DNA of 64,000 nucleotides from Gammaproteobacteria bacterium (GTDB lineage Bacteria; Pseudomonadota; Gammaproteobacteria; JABDGN01): NCBI GenBank assembly GCA_013285995.1, contig JABDGN010000003.1, positions 5,317 to 69,316 of the forward strand, read 5' to 3'. Shown piece by piece: positions 59,291 to 64,000 of this stretch (position 1 is its first letter; each line of letters starts with the position of its first letter). The notes under the pieces were generated by a model. It saw only the letters and a program-made list of their open reading frames with translations, ran no database searches and was not told where the DNA came from. The position numbers and the translations under genes were made by a program.

Positions 59291-60607
59291 ATGATGAAAA
59301 CACGTAATAATACCACGGAAAAAGTATTGGGTTTCATAAGCCTGGTGTGTTTTTCTCTGTATTCAATAACTGCACAAGCGGCTGCTGAATTAGCAGTCGA
59401 AGGTAATATACCGACTAAACTGGAAATTAATCATGAGGTCACTTACCAGATTAAAAATATTTCGCAGAATACGTTAACCGATGTTGCTATTGTGGCTCCC
59501 GAATTGGCAAGTGGTTTTGAAACTGTCAGCAATACTTGCCAGGGTTATACCACGCTGCATGCCAATGACAGTTGCAATTATACCTTGCGTTTCACGCATC
59601 CAATTGCTTATGTCAGCGCAACTCAACCCGCGTTTGCATGGAATATCAGCGTAAAATACTCGCTCGCAGGCGAAGTGCGCGAAGCTGTGATTGCAGCGCC
59701 CCCCATTCAAGAAGTTTATCAACCCCTATACGTGTTTGGCGACAGTTTGTCAGATATGGGCAACAATGGTAAGTCAACCAATGCTGAGGGTAACACCTGG
59801 GCTTATTATGTCGCCCAGGCGTTTGGTAATGCCGATATAGGTGCATCAAAAAATGGTGGTACGGATTTTGCCAGGGGAGGCGATACCACCGCCAATTTAA
59901 TTTTACGACAACAAGCTAAGAATGATGAAGGGGATTCAATCCCTCTTATCATTCCCAGTCAATTTGAGTTTTATCAAACGGCCTTGGGTGACCAGGTTGA
60001 TCCTAATGCTTTATATGTGGTGTGGATGGGAGGAAACGACTTTTTATGGTATACGGCAGAATTTAAAGACGATCCTGCTAACGCTGAGCCTAGAATCCAA
60101 GCTGGCGTTAAAAATATTGATAGCTTCTTAGAGAAATTAAATAGCTTGGCAATGGCGAATGCTGTGACTCTCAATGTGGTGGTGATAAGCTTGCCACCCA
60201 TGGGAAATGCGCCTTTATTTGGCCCACTTGAGGAAGGTAAAATCCGTTTAAATTATGATGTCACACAAAGAAACAACCTTAGCCTGGTTGCACAAAATTT
60301 TAATACGCAATTAGAGAATTCTTTGCGTACTAATGAAACCTTATCACATATTAAATGGCGAATGATTGATTCTTATGCCCCTTCACAAAAACTCGTGGAT
60401 GACTTTAACCACAGCACAGAGGTACCTAAACAAGCGTGTGGTTTTACCAACATCAGTAATGAGTCCAAGGATTGGGCGCTGCATAATCAATATTATTATT
60501 GGGATAATGTCCATCCGACGGATGGCGCACATAAATATTTTGCTAAACAATTTATGGCAGCTTATAATGGCACGGTTCATGATTGTAAGCAAAATCCAAT
60601 ACATTGA
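59291..60607 (+). CDS. secreted GDSL/SGNH hydrolase (paralog 3)
   Basis: Signal peptide ...ITAQA. LYVFGDSLSDMGNNG, WMGGNDF and YYWDNVHPTDGAH. Confidence 0.8.
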   Translation: MMKTRNNTTEKVLGFISLVCFSLYSITAQAAAELAVEGNIPTKLEINHEVTYQIKNISQNTLTDVAIVAPELASGFETVSNTCQGYTTLHANDSCNYTLRFTHPIAYVSATQPAFAWNISVKYSLAGEVREAVIAAPPIQEVYQPLYVFGDSLSDMGNNGKSTNAEGNTWAYYVAQAFGNADIGASKNGGTDFARGGDTTANLILRQQAKNDEGDSIPLIIPSQFEFYQTALGDQVDPNALYVVWMGGNDFLWYTAEFKDDPANAEPRIQAGVKNIDSFLEKLNSLAMANAVTLNVVVISLPPMGNAPLFGPLEEGKIRLNYDVTQRNNLSLVAQNFNTQLENSLRTNETLSHIKWRMIDSYAPSQKLVDDFNHSTEVPKQACGFTNISNESKDWALHNQYYYWDNVHPTDGAHKYFAKQFMAAYNGTVHDCKQNPIH

Positions 60608-60611
60608 AAAA

Positions 60612-62066
60612 ATGTCAATAGCAGTTAATTTTTCACAACTTCAGCAGTATATCAATCAAACGTGGGAAGACAAAATTCTTCCCACTTTGATTGATTACAT
60701 CCGTATCCCCAACAAATCTCCATTATTTGATGCCCATTGGGAAGCTAATGGTCACATGGATAAAGCCGTTAAATTATTGGCGGATTGGTGTCATGCGCAC
60801 GCGCCGCGTGGCATGCAGTTGGAAGTGATTCGCGAGCCGGGGCACACGCCGTTAATTTTTATCGAAGTGCCGGGGAACAGCGAACGCACGGTTTTATTAT
60901 ATGGTCATTGCGATAAACAACCGGAAATGACCGGTTGGAATGAAGGTTTAGGTCCTTGGCAACCGGTATTGCGTGGCGATAAATTATATGGTCGTGGTGG
61001 AGCGGATGATGGCTACTCAACTTTTGCCGCCTTAACTGCGATCAATGCCATCCAAGCGCAAGGTTTATCACACCCTCGTTGCGTGATTTTGATTGAAGCC
61101 ACTGAAGAGAGTGGCAGCCAAGATTTATTATTTTACCTTGAGCAATTGTTGCCTCGTATTGGTACCCCCGAACTCATTGTTTGCCTCGATTCAGGTTGCG
61201 TTAACTACGAACAGTTATGGATGACCACTAGTTTGCGCGGTATGGTCAAAGCCACGCTGCGGGTCGACATTTTGCAGGAAGGGGTGCACTCAGGAACAGC
61301 CGGCGGCATTGTGCCCTCGAGCTTTCAAATTGCCCGCCAATTGTTAGATCGGATTGAAGATGCCAACACCGGTAAGCTATTATTGCCGGAATTGTTTGTA
61401 GAGATTCCGCAGCAACGTGTGGAACAAGTCCGCCAGACAGCTGATTTGTTGGGCCAGACCATTCTGGATAATTTTTCTTTTGTTAAGGGTGCGCAAGCCA
61501 TCACTATGGACCCTTATGAATTATTGTTAAATAGTACCTGGCGTCCCGCCTTAGAAATAGTGGGTGCGGATGGATTGCCTAGCATCGGCAATGCCAGCAA
61601 TGTCTTACGGCCTTACACCAGCTTGCGCTTATCATTTCGTCTACCGCCTAGCTGCGATAGCGATCAAGCCGGGGCAGCGATTAAAAAGGCCTTAGAAGCC
61701 AATCCGCCTTATCACGCTAAAATTACCTGTGATATCACCGATAAAGCCGATGGCTGGAATGCGCCTCTTGCTCCTGAAGCCCTGCTAAAAACCTTTCATA
61801 CGGCCTCAGAACATGCCTATGGCAAGCCCTTAATGGCGACGGGTGAGGGCGGTACGATCCCTTTCATGGGCATGTTAGGCAAAAAATTCCCGCAGGCGCA
61901 ATTTTTGGTAACCGGTGTATTAGGCCCTGGGTCAAATGCGCACGGTCCCAATGAATTTCTTCATATCCCGATGGCGAAAAAACTCACCGCGTGTGTTGCG
62001 GAAGTTATCGCAACGTATGCTGTCGCTTTTTCTCAATCGGAAAGTCCAAATCTGCATGACAGCTGA
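60612..62066 (+). CDS. M20/M25/M40-family metallopeptidase (dipeptidase/deacylase-like)
   Basis: YGHCDKQPE...GRGGADDGY...ATEESGS metal-binding blocks. The track's upstream extension from 60366 overlaps the preceding gene out of frame and is rejected. Confidence 0.75.
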   Translation: MSIAVNFSQLQQYINQTWEDKILPTLIDYIRIPNKSPLFDAHWEANGHMDKAVKLLADWCHAHAPRGMQLEVIREPGHTPLIFIEVPGNSERTVLLYGHCDKQPEMTGWNEGLGPWQPVLRGDKLYGRGGADDGYSTFAALTAINAIQAQGLSHPRCVILIEATEESGSQDLLFYLEQLLPRIGTPELIVCLDSGCVNYEQLWMTTSLRGMVKATLRVDILQEGVHSGTAGGIVPSSFQIARQLLDRIEDANTGKLLLPELFVEIPQQRVEQVRQTADLLGQTILDNFSFVKGAQAITMDPYELLLNSTWRPALEIVGADGLPSIGNASNVLRPYTSLRLSFRLPPSCDSDQAGAAIKKALEANPPYHAKITCDITDKADGWNAPLAPEALLKTFHTASEHAYGKPLMATGEGGTIPFMGMLGKKFPQAQFLVTGVLGPGSNAHGPNEFLHIPMAKKLTACVAEVIATYAVAFSQSESPNLHDS

Positions 62067-62158
62067 GCGCCATTTGCGTGATTATTCTGCGCATGCTCCC
62101 ATTGAATTTTCCGCTAATTTGTGCTACAATCTTGCCCCTATTTTTAAGGGGAATAATA

Positions 62159-62584
62159 ATGACTATTGAAAGAACTTTATCCATCATCAAGCCTGATGCA
62201 GTGGCAAAAAATGTGGTGGGCGAAATCATTGCGCGGTTTGAAACAGCCGGCTTAAAAATCGTTGCGGCTAAAATGCAACACTTAAGCCAACAAGAGGCTG
62301 AACAATTTTACGCGGTGCATAAAGCCCGGCCGTTTTTTGCTGATTTAGTCAAATTTATGATTTCTGGTCCGGTGCTAGTGCAAGTGTTGGAAGGCCCTAA
62401 TGCCATCACCAAAAACCGTGATTTAATGGGTGCGACGGATCCGAAGAAAGCCGACAAAGGTACGATTCGTGCCGATTTCGCCGACAGCATTGATGCCAAT
62501 GCCGTGCACGGTTCGGATGCACCAGAAACCGCTAAACAAGAAATCGCATTTTTCTTTGCGGAAAGCGAAATTTTTTCACGGTAA
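62159..62584 (+). CDS. ndk: nucleoside diphosphate kinase
   Basis: [15 protein letters not shown]...NAVHGSD active-site His. 141 aa. Confidence 0.95.
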   Translation: MTIERTLSIIKPDAVAKNVVGEIIARFETAGLKIVAAKMQHLSQQEAEQFYAVHKARPFFADLVKFMISGPVLVQVLEGPNAITKNRDLMGATDPKKADKGTIRADFADSIDANAVHGSDAPETAKQEIAFFFAESEIFSR

Positions 62585-62599
62585 TTATTTAATTTGTTT

Positions 62600-62731
62600 C
62601 GTCATTCCCGCGCAGGCGGGAATCCAGATCTAGAAACTGAAAGTAGGGTAGAGTTGCTTCAACTTAAAATTTTCATTGAGTTATAAACAAATGTTATTTA
62701 ATGCTGGATTCCCGCCTGCGCGGGAATGACG
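62600..62731. repeat. family C MITE-like element with 28-bp terminal inverted repeats (cgtcattcccgcgcaggcgggaatccag / ctggattcccgcctgcgcgggaatgacg)
   Basis: 132 bp, AT-rich centre and perfect TIRs that are themselves hairpins. Its 3' end contains the first in-frame ATG of the rlmN ORF. Confidence 0.85.
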
Positions 62732-62740
62732 GAAAATATG

Positions 62741-63901
62741 TCAAATCTCGCCGCCAAAACCATTCCCGAACCCACTCCTGAAAAAGTCAACTTACTCAAC
62801 TATGACTTACAAGGTTTGCAGAATTATTTCGTCAGCATCGGCGAGAAACCTTATCGTGCTCAGCAAGTGCTGCAATGGATACACCAATACGGTGTACTCG
62901 ACTTTGAGCAGATGACGAATTTAAGTAAATCTTGCCGGCAATTATTAACTACGCTTACCGATAATCAATTACCTCGTATCGACACCGAACAAATTTCCAA
63001 AGATGGCACCCGCAAATGGTTGCTCACGCTCGCTGATGGCAATGGCATTGAAACCGTTTTTATTCCCGAAGATGATCGTGGCACTTTGTGTGTTTCTTCG
63101 CAAGTCGGTTGCGCCTTAAATTGCAGTTTTTGTTCAACGGGTGCCATGGGTTTCAATCGCGATTTAACCACTGCAGAAATTATTGGTCAAGTCTGGATCG
63201 CGGTGCGGCAATTAGCTAAAGATAATAAACGTCACGATCGCAATATCACCAATGTCGTCATGATGGGCATGGGCGAGCCTTTATTAAATTACGATAAAGT
63301 ATTGCCCGCCATGAATATCATGATGGATGATTATGCTTATGGTTTGTCGAAATATCGCGTTACTTTGAGTACTTCTGGTTTGGTGCCGAAAATGTTGCAG
63401 TTAGCTGAAGAGAGCGAATGTTCTTTAGCCGTGTCATTGCACGCGCCGAATGATACTTTGCGCAACGAATTAGTGCCCATCAATAAAAAATATCCACTCA
63501 AAGAATTAATGGGTGCGTGCCAGGAATTTTTTGGTAAAGATTCGCGTCGCAAAGTGACATTTGAATACACTATGCTACGCGATGTGAATGATACGGCTGC
63601 ACACGCTACGCAGTTGATTAAATTATTGGCTAATATGCCTTGCAAAGTGAACTTGATTCCGTTCAATCCTTTTCCTAATACTAAATATCAATGCTCGGAA
63701 CGGGAGACGATTCTTAAATTTCAAAATGCCTTGCAAAAAGCTGGTTTGAATGTAACAATCCGCAAAACGCGTGGTGAAGACATTGATGCGGCCTGTGGTC
63801 AATTGGCAGGTGAGTTTCAGGATCGCACCAGTCGCTCGCGTGAGCATCGGGTTAAATTGGAATTGATTAAGCCTAAAAAAATCAGTGAGATTAAAATATG
63901 A
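62741..63901 (+). CDS. rlmN: 23S rRNA/tRNA m2A methyltransferase RlmN (radical SAM)
   Basis: [11 protein letters not shown] radical-SAM motif. Conserved position after ndk. Start chosen at the ATG at 62741, outside the repeat. Confidence 0.9.
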   Translation, partial: SNLAAKTIPEPTPEKVNLLNYDLQGLQNYFVSIGEKPYRAQQVLQWIHQYGVLDFEQMTNLSKSCRQLLTTLTDNQLPRIDTEQISKDGTRKWLLTLADGNGIETVFIPEDDRGTLCVSSQVGCALNCSFCSTGAMGFNRDLTTAEIIGQVWIAVRQLAKDNKRHDRNITNVVMMGMGEPLLNYDKVLPAMNIMMDDYAYGLSKYRVTLSTSGLVPKMLQLAEESECSLAVSLHAPNDTLRNELVPINKKYPLKELMGACQEFFGKDSRRKVTFEYTMLRDVNDTAAHATQLIKLLANMPCKVNLIPFNPFPNTKYQCSERETILKFQNALQKAGLNVTIRKTRGEDIDAACGQLAGEFQDRTSRSREHRVKLELIKPKKISEIKI

Positions 63902-64000
63902 TGAAACTATTCTTTCGTTTAAGCATTTTGGCTTTGTTAAGCATATTGCTAGCTGCCTGTGCTAATCATGCGCAAATGGATGCTGATGCAGCTGCTCAAG
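63898..64000 (+). CDS. lipoprotein, 5' partial (PilF/PilW-like by position)
   Basis: [26 protein letters not shown]..., a signal peptide with a lipobox. Start overlaps the rlmN stop. Runs off the window end. Confidence 0.45.
   Translation, partial: MMKLFFRLSILALLSILLAACANHAQMDADAAAQ

Overview
This 64 kb chromosomal window comes from an AT-rich (about 40% GC) gammaproteobacterium. The order tig-clpP-clpX-lon-hupB-tRNA(Val,Asp)-ppiD, then mltD-yafS-like-rnhA-dnaQ, dapA-bamC-like-purC, hflKC-purA and ndk-rlmN-pilF-like matches gammaproteobacterial synteny. An intracellular Legionellales-like organism is a plausible but unproven guess, based on CsrA, effector-like proteins and secreted GDSL lipases. 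Housekeeping content: csrA, prmB, ddl, udk, smrB, duplicated metQ, thrL-thrABC, metNI, uspA, tig, clpPX, lon, hupB, ppiD, mltD, rnhA, dnaQ, bcp, dapA, purC, murB, ftsQ, serC, hflKC, purA, an M20 peptidase, ndk, rlmN and four tRNAs (Leu-TAG, Val-TAC, Asp-GTC, Ser-CGA). Accessory or unusual content: (1) a GC-rich 8.2 kb gene for a 2744-aa low-complexity, repeat-containing protein with a central transmembrane-like segment, next to a decayed IS3 element. (2) A candidate modified-peptide operon with two paralogous 62/65-aa peptides, a tetrapyrrole-methylase-fold enzyme and an MFS exporter. (3) A second candidate peptide module with a 43-aa ORF, a hairpin, a HExxH-motif protein and a class I SAM methyltransferase. 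(4) A tandem array of three genes carrying four secreted GDSL/SGNH hydrolase domains, each preceded by a shared, apparently novel N-terminal module (five copies across the three genes). (5) A 648-aa internally duplicated effector-like protein with RRRxS motifs. (6) A very high density of four families of GC-rich palindromic intergenic elements. Families A and B are REP/BIME-like with GTAGG heads, family C is MITE-like (cgtcattcccgcg...gcgggaatgacg) and family D consists of C5/G6 hairpin minisatellites. Many of these sit directly at stop codons. Gene-order oddities: thrLABC is inserted in inverted orientation between metNI and the duplicated metQ genes, and ftsQ is detached from ftsA/ftsZ.
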